From an uncultured archaeon (GTDB lineage Archaea > Asgardarchaeota > Lokiarchaeia > Sigyniarchaeales > SOKP01), in the NCBI GenBank assembly GCA_964493715.1, contig CAZBPC010000001.1, positions 44,383 through 108,382 of the forward strand: 64,000 bases of DNA. Reading direction: 5' to 3'. The notes below the pieces were generated by a model. The model had not been told where the DNA came from. It made no database searches and saw only the letters and a list, made by a program, of their open reading frames with translations. Shown here piece by piece: positions 40,132-49,152 of the stretch (its first letter is position 1; each line of letters starts with the position of its first letter). Made by a program: the position numbers and the translations under genes.

Positions 40132-41418
40132 ATGAGCTGTCAAAACCTAATAAAGAATACTACAGAAAAATTGAAGAGTCTTTGGCGCATACCAATATTT
40201 AAATACGCTGTTATTATTCACCTTCTCTATTTTATTATTTCTACTATCCTAACTCTTGTTTTTTTCCGATATCAGAATGACTTTTTGGTATATTATCAAG
40301 CCGGTGGAACTGCTCTTAACAATTATATAGAATTGTATAATCCTGCTAATTACATTTGGCCTTTTAGATATTTTCCCTTGGCTGCTTTTTACTTTATTCC
40401 CTTTTATTTGATGGGATTTGATTTGGGATTCATACTCTTTAATTTCGCTAACCTAATCTTGAATATAATAATCTCTATTTATCTTTATAAGGTTATCAAG
40501 TTAATGCGCCGAGAAGATCATGAAGACAATGATGATCGAATTATTGTCTATATTTGTATATTTTTATTGAGCCTTCCTCAGCTGTTTAACTATTTTCTTG
40601 GTCAAATAAATTTGTATATCACATTTTTTATAATCTTTTCCCTATATTTATTTTTGAAGAATGACCAGATAAAAATGCAGTTTTTGGCTAGTTTAATATT
40701 AGGTGTTAGCGGAATATTCAAACCTATTACGATTTTCATGGTTCCCTTTCTCATTTTAAGTCATTATAGTTATAATGAAAAAAAATTTAAGTTTGAACTC
40801 AAAAGGAGTCTCATCAGGACTATTGGTATTTTACTTCCCCTAGCGATTAATGGCATTATATTTGTGTTATATCCTAAATTATGTCAAGATTTTATCGCAA
40901 TAAATATTACAGGAGAAACAAATACCTTGATCAATTATTCGTTTAGTATAACCAAATTGGGTACAAACTTTTTATTTTTCATAGGAGTTCCTGCAAATTT
41001 ACTCATACAATATCAATTATATTTATTCATTCCCATTTTACTTATAATTGGAGGTATAAGTTTCTTCATATTTATTTTTCGCCGAGTTTCTCGCAATGCA
41101 GTGATTTATGGATATACTTTTGGCATCCTATTAATGTTACTTACTTATTTTGATTCTTGGAATCATCATCTATTAATTTTAACTCCATTATTATCTATTA
41201 TCCTATTTGATTTACCACGAAATTCAGAAATTTCTAGAAAATACATCAAACCCAGCATATTTTTCTTTAGCTTCTTTGATATAATATTTATGGGGGTGTT
41301 TCTCCTAACTCAACCATTCTTTCCGTTCAATTTTGCGAGTACAATATTCCTAATATTATCATTTTATGGGATTATCAGAATTATGCTAAAGATACAAAAT
41401 AATAATGATCAAAGTTAA
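40132..41418 (+). CDS. GT87-like (DUF2029) integral membrane glycosyltransferase
   Basis: NDFLVYY, FRYFP, LGQIN, FKP, SWNHH; multi-TM. Confidence 0.8.
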   Translation: MSCQNLIKNTTEKLKSLWRIPIFKYAVIIHLLYFIISTILTLVFFRYQNDFLVYYQAGGTALNNYIELYNPANYIWPFRYFPLAAFYFIPFYLMGFDLGFILFNFANLILNIIISIYLYKVIKLMRREDHEDNDDRIIVYICIFLLSLPQLFNYFLGQINLYITFFIIFSLYLFLKNDQIKMQFLASLILGVSGIFKPITIFMVPFLILSHYSYNEKKFKFELKRSLIRTIGILLPLAINGIIFVLYPKLCQDFIAINITGETNTLINYSFSITKLGTNFLFFIGVPANLLIQYQLYLFIPILLIIGGISFFIFIFRRVSRNAVIYGYTFGILLMLLTYFDSWNHHLLILTPLLSIILFDLPRNSEISRKYIKPSIFFFSFFDIIFMGVFLLTQPFFPFNFASTIFLILSFYGIIRIMLKIQNNNDQS

Positions 41419-41440
41419 ATAATTAGGTTCCTAAAATTAA

Positions 41441-42181
41441 TTGAATTCAAGATTAAAAGAAAGAAATAAATCCACAATGTTTGAATATTTTATAATTTTT
41501 CTTCCAGCATTTCTACTTGGTATTCTTCATACAGTAATTCCTTGTGAGGATAAAGCAATTTTTTTTTTCTGGTCTTTTGGTATTTCTAAGACCCCGAGAA
41601 GAAGTTTAAATATCTTAGTTCTCTATGGGTTTGGATTGATTTCTGCAAATCTTATAATTGCGATGGGTACAGTTTTACTTAGCGTAATTCCGCGGCTGAT
41701 TGCTCCCGGTTTAATTTTTAATCCTTACGCTATTAATTTCTTCGGAGCACTTGTTTCCATGTTAGCTGGTATTTACTTATTATTCTTTGTTAAAACAAGA
41801 AATTACATGCCTCATTCCAAGCAATCAAAGGATATCGGTAAATTAGATTGGGAAAAAAATAAGACTCCCTTTTTATTTGGGATTCTTGCAGGTTTTGCAC
41901 CATGCATTTTTGAATTGATTATCTATTCTCAATGCTTGCAATATTCGTTATCATTCGGATTCATTGAGGGAGTATTAGTAGTATTTTATTTCTCCTTAGG
42001 AACTTTCTTGGGATTATTTCCACTTGCTTTAGCTAAGTATGGAACATCTCAAATAGTAAAGTCAAAAGAAACCAGGAAGGATACCGTTTTTATTTTAATG
42101 ATATTGATCATCATAGTCTTTAACGCGGTTGTTATGATTTTATCATTTTTCAAGATTTCTGTATTTCCTTTGAACATTTAA
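41441..42181 (+). CDS. RcnA/NiCoT/DsbD_2-like membrane protein
   Basis: FLLGILHTVIPCEDK and GILAGFAPC motifs, FSLGT; likely true start M at 41477. Confidence 0.65.
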   Translation: MNSRLKERNKSTMFEYFIIFLPAFLLGILHTVIPCEDKAIFFFWSFGISKTPRRSLNILVLYGFGLISANLIIAMGTVLLSVIPRLIAPGLIFNPYAINFFGALVSMLAGIYLLFFVKTRNYMPHSKQSKDIGKLDWEKNKTPFLFGILAGFAPCIFELIIYSQCLQYSLSFGFIEGVLVVFYFSLGTFLGLFPLALAKYGTSQIVKSKETRKDTVFILMILIIIVFNAVVMILSFFKISVFPLNI

Positions 42182-42330
42182 TTTTATCCGTGAGAAGGAA
42201 AAACTTAAAAATTTATTCACCATTCACTTTCAAGAAAAATGAAAAATGGTCTATAATAATTATTTATAACCGGATTTTTTTATATATTATAACCTAAATC
42301 ATAATTAGAAACATTTTAGGAGTCGTTCAA

Positions 42331-44706
42331 ATGCCAAAATGCAAGTTCTGTGAAAGCGAAAAGATTACATTCACTTGTGAAAAATGCAACTCAAGCTTTT
42401 GCATCAATCATATGGCGAGCACTGAAGAATGGATTTGTAAAAAACACGATCATAATTATTCAAAAGCTAGTGCAGCAGAAAAGTTCTATCGATGTACGAT
42501 TATTGAAAATAGCAAGTGTCCTGAATGCGATGCACTCCTACGATTAGAGAGATTATCATCAGGGCAGTATTATTTGGAATGTACTGATGAATCTTGTGGA
42601 TGGAATTCTTATTTAAAGACACCAGGCTTATTTTTCCCAACAAAAGAACAATTAGCGCGGGAAGCTGCAAAAAATAAATTAATAACAGGATATCGGTTAG
42701 AACTTTGTCGCAGAACCTTGAAGAAAAATATTGGAAAAGAAATATGTCCCGAATGTTTCCTTGAATTATTGAAAAGAGCTCATATTACGAATTTTTCTAC
42801 AGTTATGGAGTCATTTAATATTCCCGCAAAACAACTAATTAAATTGATTAACCAATACATTAATGAAGAAAGAATTTATGGAATTATTGAACAGAAAACT
42901 CAGATGTTTTATTATATTTCGGAAGAGATTCGAGAACAAGTTTTATCCAAAATCCAAGATGACGGAAAGATTAATATTAAAGATTTAGGACTTATGTTAG
43001 ACATGAATTCTGATATTGTAATGAAGGTTATCTATAAAATTATTAATCAATATCAGATCAGGGGCTCTTTTTCAGAAGATAAAAGCTTTTATTATACCCA
43101 GAAATATATATTGGATAATTTAATAAAAGAAATAAAAGAAAAAGGGAGAATCTCACTATCAGACCTTGCTAAGTTGTTTGGAATTCCAAAGGAATTAACC
43201 AAATCATTTTGCGTAAATATAATGAGGACTGGGGCTATCAATTCTTTTTTTGCCGCAAGAGGAAATGAAATTATCACTGCTGGACAGATTTATACTGAAA
43301 TTAAGGCTTTTTCAAAAGAAGAGGGATTATTTGAATTATCCAAATTAGCTGAGAAGCTAAAAATTGCTGTCGAATTAGCCAGAAAGAGCTTACATGAATT
43401 GATAAAATCAGGATCAATAAAAGGGATCTTTACACAAAGAAGGGAGTTCATGACCAGAAGATATCTTGAAGGAAAAATAAAAGAACTCGCAAGAGCATAT
43501 AGAACGATGCCTTTGAGAGAATTATCAAACAGATTGGGCGTAACTGAATCAAGCATTGAAGAGAATTTAGCTCAATTAATCGGTAGAGGAGATATAGATG
43601 GCTATATTGACTTACATCAACGATTATTTGTTGCTTATAGTGTTCCTAGAACTAGTGGTGGTGAAGCAACCCCTAAAAAACAAGAAGATATTGAACCAAT
43701 AGATGAAGGTAAGATTGAAGTCGTAAGAGATTATGATTTTGAGGGGGGTCAAGTTCACATGAAAGTAGCAATTCGCAATAAAAGTAACATGGCGATTAAC
43801 AATGTCAAAGTAATATTAGACGCTCCTTCTAGCTTCAAAATGAAACAACCTCTATTTAGCATACCTGTTATAGAAAGTAAGTCAAGTAGAGGTGTTGATT
43901 TTTATCTAGAACCTAAAACATGTGGATCCTCAAACGTTGGGGGTACTGTAATATATAAAGATGCGACTGGTAAAAAACATACTATTAATATTAAAAAAAA
44001 AGAAGTTCAAATCAAATGTCCATTAGTTTGCACGAATTTATCTAACATTGAAGATTGTCAGGTAGCAATACAAACACTTCCAAATGATGCTCGTGCGTTT
44101 TTAATCGCCGATCTAGATCCTCGATTAACTTTTAGAGCTGCGATAAGAACTTTAAAACATTTTGAAACTAGCACAGTAACCTCTCATGAGGGTAATGATA
44201 CTGCTGGTAAATACGAGGCTGAAGCATGGTTCTGTGCAGAGGCTAAAATAACAGGTGGCCGAATTATTACACGCGTCTACGTTTCAGAAAGTAGTCAATC
44301 TCTTGAAGTCCGTGTATGGTGTGGAAATGCTGGACAATTAACAGGATTTTTAGCGAGAATAATTGAACTCCTGTTTGAAGAGATTAACATAATCAGAAAA
44401 ATCAAAAGTGAAGAGAGAGAGAAGACAATTGATGTTATGGCAATAACTCAAAATTTAGCAGAAATAAGTGATTATTGTATGTTACGTTGGAAAGCACAGA
44501 ATATAAGAAATAAATTACACGACACTTTCGTCCGTTTACGTAAATTATTAGGAGACAACGAGGCAATTCTTGGTAGAATTGAATTTTGGCTTACTCAGTT
44601 AAATAAGTATGGAAAAGATGATAAAATCAGCGATGATGACGCAGATCGATTAGTACAAGATGTGGAGAAATTCAGAGGGGTCATCGCTCGGTCAATAAAA
44701 TTATAA
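42331..44706 (+). CDS. Multidomain protein: Zn fingers + winged-helix (PCI/UFL1/DDRGK-like) repeats + Ig-like/platform C-terminal domain
   Basis: Multiple CxxC/CxxH; about five repeats of G[KR]I.L..LA..[FL].I......L..LI..G.I.G; beta-rich VAIRNKS...VDFYLEP...GTVIYKD. Confidence 0.7.
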   Translation: MPKCKFCESEKITFTCEKCNSSFCINHMASTEEWICKKHDHNYSKASAAEKFYRCTIIENSKCPECDALLRLERLSSGQYYLECTDESCGWNSYLKTPGLFFPTKEQLAREAAKNKLITGYRLELCRRTLKKNIGKEICPECFLELLKRAHITNFSTVMESFNIPAKQLIKLINQYINEERIYGIIEQKTQMFYYISEEIREQVLSKIQDDGKINIKDLGLMLDMNSDIVMKVIYKIINQYQIRGSFSEDKSFYYTQKYILDNLIKEIKEKGRISLSDLAKLFGIPKELTKSFCVNIMRTGAINSFFAARGNEIITAGQIYTEIKAFSKEEGLFELSKLAEKLKIAVELARKSLHELIKSGSIKGIFTQRREFMTRRYLEGKIKELARAYRTMPLRELSNRLGVTESSIEENLAQLIGRGDIDGYIDLHQRLFVAYSVPRTSGGEATPKKQEDIEPIDEGKIEVVRDYDFEGGQVHMKVAIRNKSNMAINNVKVILDAPSSFKMKQPLFSIPVIESKSSRGVDFYLEPKTCGSSNVGGTVIYKDATGKKHTINIKKKEVQIKCPLVCTNLSNIEDCQVAIQTLPNDARAFLIADLDPRLTFRAAIRTLKHFETSTVTSHEGNDTAGKYEAEAWFCAEAKITGGRIITRVYVSESSQSLEVRVWCGNAGQLTGFLARIIELLFEEINIIRKIKSEEREKTIDVMAITQNLAEISDYCMLRWKAQNIRNKLHDTFVRLRKLLGDNEAILGRIEFWLTQLNKYGKDDKISDDDADRLVQDVEKFRGVIARSIKL

Positions 44707-44791
44707 AAATAACCAGTTTTTTTATAATTAATAGGTATAAATATATAGTAAGTCTAATATTATTAAACTAATAGTTAAAAAACGGTTTATC

Positions 44792-45199
44792 ATGCCAATA
44801 GTATCGTTTTCTATAAATGAAAATCTCCGAGAGTTTATTAATAAGTTGGTCTCACGAAATCAATATGAGAATAAATCAAAGTTGATAAGAGACGCCCTTT
44901 TGAGATTAATGTCAAGCATGGATGTAGCAAGCATTGAATCCTTTAGTAATTTAGCCCCATTGGGTAAATCGATTATTGGGAATCTCATTATTGTAATGCC
45001 ACATGATTCAATAAAAAAAATGAATAAGATAGAAATAGAATTTCAAGAGTATATTATAAGCAAAAATCAACATTTTCAAGGAGATAACGCGATAATTTTC
45101 ATGATAATCGAGACGAGTATAGAAATATTTCAAAGATTTGTTGTGGAAATAAATGGAATTGAGGAAATCTCTAATTTTCGATACATGATTATGAACTAA
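44792..45199 (+). CDS. Ribbon-helix-helix regulator, NikR-like
   Basis: MPIVSFSINENL...YENKSKLIRDAL; C-terminal ACT-like domain. Confidence 0.8.
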   Translation: MPIVSFSINENLREFINKLVSRNQYENKSKLIRDALLRLMSSMDVASIESFSNLAPLGKSIIGNLIIVMPHDSIKKMNKIEIEFQEYIISKNQHFQGDNAIIFMIIETSIEIFQRFVVEINGIEEISNFRYMIMN

Positions 45200-45304
45200 T
45201 TTTCATTATCTCGTTTCTTATTTAAAAACGAAGTCAACTTTAAAATAAGTGTTACTTTTTATCATATATTTAAGTGTATCAAACTTGAATATTGGAAATG
45301 AAAC

Positions 45305-46444
45305 ATGGCTGTAGATCAAACATATATTAAAGATGTCCCTCAAGATGTATATCGTAAATTGCAGCAGCATCTTGATACTTTACCTATTGGATATCCACCA
45401 ACCGAATCGGGAACCGATTTAAAAATTTTGAAATTTATATTCTCACCTGAAGAAGCACTAATTGGAATTAACTTGAGATTGATTCCTGAGCCATTAAAGA
45501 CGATTCATAGGCGAATGAAAAAATATGGTATAACTCTAGAGCAACTTGAGAATGCTTTGAAAAATATGTACAAAAATGGAGCAATTAATGTTAAGAAAGT
45601 TGAAGGCGAAAAAGGAGAAGAGATTTATTATCAAAATGCTTTCTTAGCTGTTGGTATGTATGAATATCAATTGCATCGCATGGATGCGGAGTTTTATGAG
45701 ACATTTGAGCAATATATGGATGAAGTATTTAGAGATGAGGTGGCGAGTACAAAAATCAATCAATTACGGACTATTCCCGTGGAACAAAGCATAACTCCAG
45801 AACATAATGTTGCAACTTTTGATGAATTAAAGAATCTCATTGAAAATGCAGAGAGAATAGCTGTACAAGATTGTGTATGTCGACAAGGGAAAGACCTCAT
45901 AGGAAAACCTTGTAAACAATCAGATTTGAGAGAGGTATGCTTTGTGTTAGATAGTTCTGTTCAACATATTTTAGATAACGAAAAGGGGCGGGAGATAACA
46001 AAACAAGAAGCATATGATATTTTCGAGAAAGTACAACAAGCTGGATTGATTATTCAACCTGGAAATGCCATTAAACCAAATTTTATTTGTTGTTGTTGCG
46101 GTGATTGTTGCGATATGATAACGAACATAAAAAAATTAGATAGACCCGCTGATATGATGCATAGCAATTTTTATGCGGAAGTTGATGGGGAATCTTGTAT
46201 CGGTTGTGGTACTTGTGAACAACGTTGCCAACTCGACGCTATTTCATTAGAAGATGGTGGTGCTATAGTGAGTAAAGAATTATGCATAGGTTGCGGTAAT
46301 TGTACAACTACTTGTCCTGAAGGAGCTATAACGTTAAAAAGAAAGGAGAAAGAATTTATTCCAGTAAATTCAAGTACAGAGCTCTATTTAAAAATCATGC
46401 ATAAAAAAGCCGAACTGCGCCGAAAAGAGAAAGGATTGGAATAA
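45305..46444 (+). CDS. 4Fe-4S dicluster ferredoxin-domain protein
   Basis: HLDTLPIGYP, CVCR, CCCCGDCC, two CxxCxxCxxxC; paralog of 28049-29146. Confidence 0.88.
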   Translation: MAVDQTYIKDVPQDVYRKLQQHLDTLPIGYPPTESGTDLKILKFIFSPEEALIGINLRLIPEPLKTIHRRMKKYGITLEQLENALKNMYKNGAINVKKVEGEKGEEIYYQNAFLAVGMYEYQLHRMDAEFYETFEQYMDEVFRDEVASTKINQLRTIPVEQSITPEHNVATFDELKNLIENAERIAVQDCVCRQGKDLIGKPCKQSDLREVCFVLDSSVQHILDNEKGREITKQEAYDIFEKVQQAGLIIQPGNAIKPNFICCCCGDCCDMITNIKKLDRPADMMHSNFYAEVDGESCIGCGTCEQRCQLDAISLEDGGAIVSKELCIGCGNCTTTCPEGAITLKRKEKEFIPVNSSTELYLKIMHKKAELRRKEKGLE

Positions 46445-46478
46445 TTTAAAATATAAAAACAAGAAGTTATGTGATTTT

Positions 46479-46829
46479 ATGGGGAAGAATAAGTATGGTA
46501 AAGAAATTCAAAAAAAGAGCACCAGTTCAAGTAATCAAGGAGGTTCTCCAATTAAAGGGGGAAAAATAATAGCAAGTCATATTTTAGTTGATAAATTTAC
46601 TAAAGCTCAGGATCTCTATGAAGAAATTTTAGCAGGGGATAAGCTTGAAGACTTAGCAAGAAAATTTTCAACTTGTCCTAGTAAGAAACGAGGAGGTAAT
46701 TTAGGAGAGTTTACTAAAAATGACATGGTTCCAGAATTTTGGAATGCCTGTAAAGACCTAAAAATTGGAGGAATTTCAAAACCTGTTAAAACCAAATATG
46801 GATACCATATTATTAAAAGAACTGGATAG
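46479..46829 (+). CDS. Parvulin-type peptidyl-prolyl cis-trans isomerase
   Basis: ASHILV, FSTCPS..RGGNLG, MVPEF, PVKTKYGYHII. Confidence 0.93.
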   Translation: MGKNKYGKEIQKKSTSSSNQGGSPIKGGKIIASHILVDKFTKAQDLYEEILAGDKLEDLARKFSTCPSKKRGGNLGEFTKNDMVPEFWNACKDLKIGGISKPVKTKYGYHIIKRTG

Positions 46830-46850
46830 ATCTTTTAAAGGATGGTTAAG

Positions 46851-46979
46851 TAGCCCGGCACGGAGTTTCGATTGAATAAGAAATGTCCAATTTTCGAACC
46901 GTGGTCTCAGGATCTCCCTAAACCTCAGAATATGAGGGTTTTCAGAGTCCCAAATGCTTGACCGCTACACTACCGGGCT
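46851..46979 (-). tRNA. tRNA-Gln(CUG) with two 28-nt BHB introns (37/38 at 46914-46941; 59/60 at 46865-46892)
   Basis: Removing both introns gives a 73-nt cloverleaf: AGCCCGG/CCGGGCU acceptor, CU-CUG-AA loop, CACGG-UUCGAAU-CCGUG T-arm; both introns form bulge-helix-bulge motifs. Confidence 0.93.
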
Positions 46980-47218
46980 GAAAAATATTGATTGAATTTT
47001 TTTTAGACTATCATACCAATTGAAAGAATATCTAAAAATCATCCTTCTTTAGTACATTCTATAAGAGAGATGTATGACATTAAAATTTTTTTCTATAAAT
47101 GGGAAATTTTGACGAAAAATTTAGGATAGATTTTTATGCTAAAATGATTTTATAATTTATTGGATTACACAACAATATTCTTGGAGGATATTCCTAATTT
47201 TTAAAAAATATTTTCTAC

Positions 47219-47260
47219 TAACCCTATTTTAGGGTTAAACCCCGTGACTGAAAACCCCGT
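47219..47260. promoter_or_regulatory. Inverted plus direct repeats, putative transcription-factor sites
   Basis: TAACCCTA-ttt-TAGGGTTA (47219-47237); AAACCCCGT twice (47237, 47252). Confidence 0.35.
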
Positions 47261-47497
47261 ATTAAAAATTGTATCCTCCTAGTGTAATCCTTTACAATTA
47301 ATTTATTATTTTTTTGCTAGATTTACTAAATTATAAGTCTAATTTAGAATGAGAAATTGCTCCTAGTGGTTTAGTTTAAGTTAATTTAAAAATAATAGAT
47401 AATAGTGGTGATCAATATTATGCAAACCTTTAAATAAAAAATTAGCATAAGATCAAAAATAGTTTAAATAATTTTGAAAAAAAAGAGTTAAATTAAA

Positions 47498-49099
47498 ATG
47501 CAGAAAAAAACTGTAATGATAATCACCTTGCTTTTAGCTGGTGGTCTAATCCCATCTGGTTTAGTAATGAATAATCTCATTAATAATGAAATTGCTCAAG
47601 GAGTTCCTGATGCGCTTCTTGGTATAAAAGAAGAAATGATTCCTGAAATTAATGAGACGATAAAAATAATGGCGATTCCTGATGTTTTAAGTGGAATTTA
47701 TGAAGAAGGTTTTCCATTAATTCACTTCTTAGTAAATTGTACTTTTCTTGCTGGGGCAATGAATGAATTTTATAATCTTCTTGGATTACCTGGCATCACA
47801 TTAATTTTAAATTTTGCTACACTCAGTGCACTCCTTACTTATATCGGATATCCCCCTGTAAAAGGAGTATCAGAGTATGTTTCCAATGCTACTTATTCGT
47901 TAAATTATACTGATGCGGCAAGTGAGGCATTGGCATTTGGCAATGATTCAATTGGATTACCCGGATTGATGGAAGACGTAGATGTAGGATGGGGTGTTTT
48001 AAATTACTTAGATCTCTATGATGAAGCTAGTTTAAATGACACAATAAAGGAATTCATGATCACCAATTACAATGCAACATGGGGTCAATTGACAAATTTA
48101 ACGAGCTATATATTAGATTATTTTATTGTAGAAGCAATAAACTTAATTCTTCTTAGTTCGTTGGCACCTCCAGAATATGTAGGATTAACCACGGTTGATA
48201 TCGCTGAAATCATGTATTATGACCAATGGGCAAATGCTTCAATGGGACAACTCGATCTCGGAGATTTACTTGGTATGCCTTATAGTGTTACCGGTTTTGA
48301 AGTGGGATATCCCATTGCTACAAATATTTCTTTTCAAATATGCTTAAATCTATATAATAAAACCAATTCATATTCATTTTTGAACATCACTTACAATGGA
48401 GATTTACCCTCGTTACAAGAATCTGATGGTTTAGCAATTTGGATCTTAGCAAATAATACTACGCTTGAAGCTAATTCTTCTAAAAATACTTTGAAAAATC
48501 AATTTAACCTAACTGATTTTCAACTTAATTCCATTCTTGCTTGGCTTTGGGGATATAATACTTCTGTTAAAGAAGATGTTGTTCCAGGATTATTTTTATA
48601 TGACAGAGGGATGACTCTCACAAGATTTTCAGAAATGCTTTTTTATGCCCAATGGGCAAATGGAACCCTATATCCTAATGGTTTAACTTTACCAATAGGC
48701 ATAGGAGTAAATGGATGGGAGGTAGGAGTGCCAATTCCCTCAACAATCTCATTAAAAGCATCTGAATCATTGTTTGATGAAACTAATGTTTATGCTTTAG
48801 TAAGTGAAAGTGGTCTCCAATATTGGTATGGTTTGTTAGACAATCCTGACCCTTTAACTTATAATAATTTGAAGACTTTTAATTATTTAAATAACGGTCA
48901 AATAAATGCGATTATATCATGGTTACCGACTTTCAGAGATAATATTGTTCCACTTTTAGCACAATTTCAAGAAGGTTTACCTTTTAACCCCTCTGAACTT
49001 TCTTCTTCCTTGCTTTACGGCATGACTATCTCTGGAGGTGTGATGGCGGTTATTGGAGTAGTAATGTTTATATTAATAAAAAGGAAAGTAAAGGCATAA
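47498..49099 (+). CDS. Surface/membrane glycoprotein with internal repeats, anchored at both ends
   Basis: N-terminal and C-terminal TM helices, basic C-tail, many N-x-S/T sequons, repeated QWAN...G[FW]EVG.P...Q[LI]N.I..WL. Confidence 0.75.
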   Translation: MQKKTVMIITLLLAGGLIPSGLVMNNLINNEIAQGVPDALLGIKEEMIPEINETIKIMAIPDVLSGIYEEGFPLIHFLVNCTFLAGAMNEFYNLLGLPGITLILNFATLSALLTYIGYPPVKGVSEYVSNATYSLNYTDAASEALAFGNDSIGLPGLMEDVDVGWGVLNYLDLYDEASLNDTIKEFMITNYNATWGQLTNLTSYILDYFIVEAINLILLSSLAPPEYVGLTTVDIAEIMYYDQWANASMGQLDLGDLLGMPYSVTGFEVGYPIATNISFQICLNLYNKTNSYSFLNITYNGDLPSLQESDGLAIWILANNTTLEANSSKNTLKNQFNLTDFQLNSILAWLWGYNTSVKEDVVPGLFLYDRGMTLTRFSEMLFYAQWANGTLYPNGLTLPIGIGVNGWEVGVPIPSTISLKASESLFDETNVYALVSESGLQYWYGLLDNPDPLTYNNLKTFNYLNNGQINAIISWLPTFRDNIVPLLAQFQEGLPFNPSELSSSLLYGMTISGGVMAVIGVVMFILIKRKVKA

Positions 49100-49152
49100 A
49101 CGAATTATTATTCTTTTTTTAATATTTTTTAATTTAAAACAAATTAGAACGC

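Noticed and set aside
28049-46444. Selenoproteins or SECIS elements associated with the Fe-S genes
   Set aside because: No in-frame TGA at Cys positions in these ORFs; no convincing SECIS noticed
47219-47237. Telomere-like TAACCC/TTAGGG sequence
   Set aside because: Single inverted copy, not a tandem array
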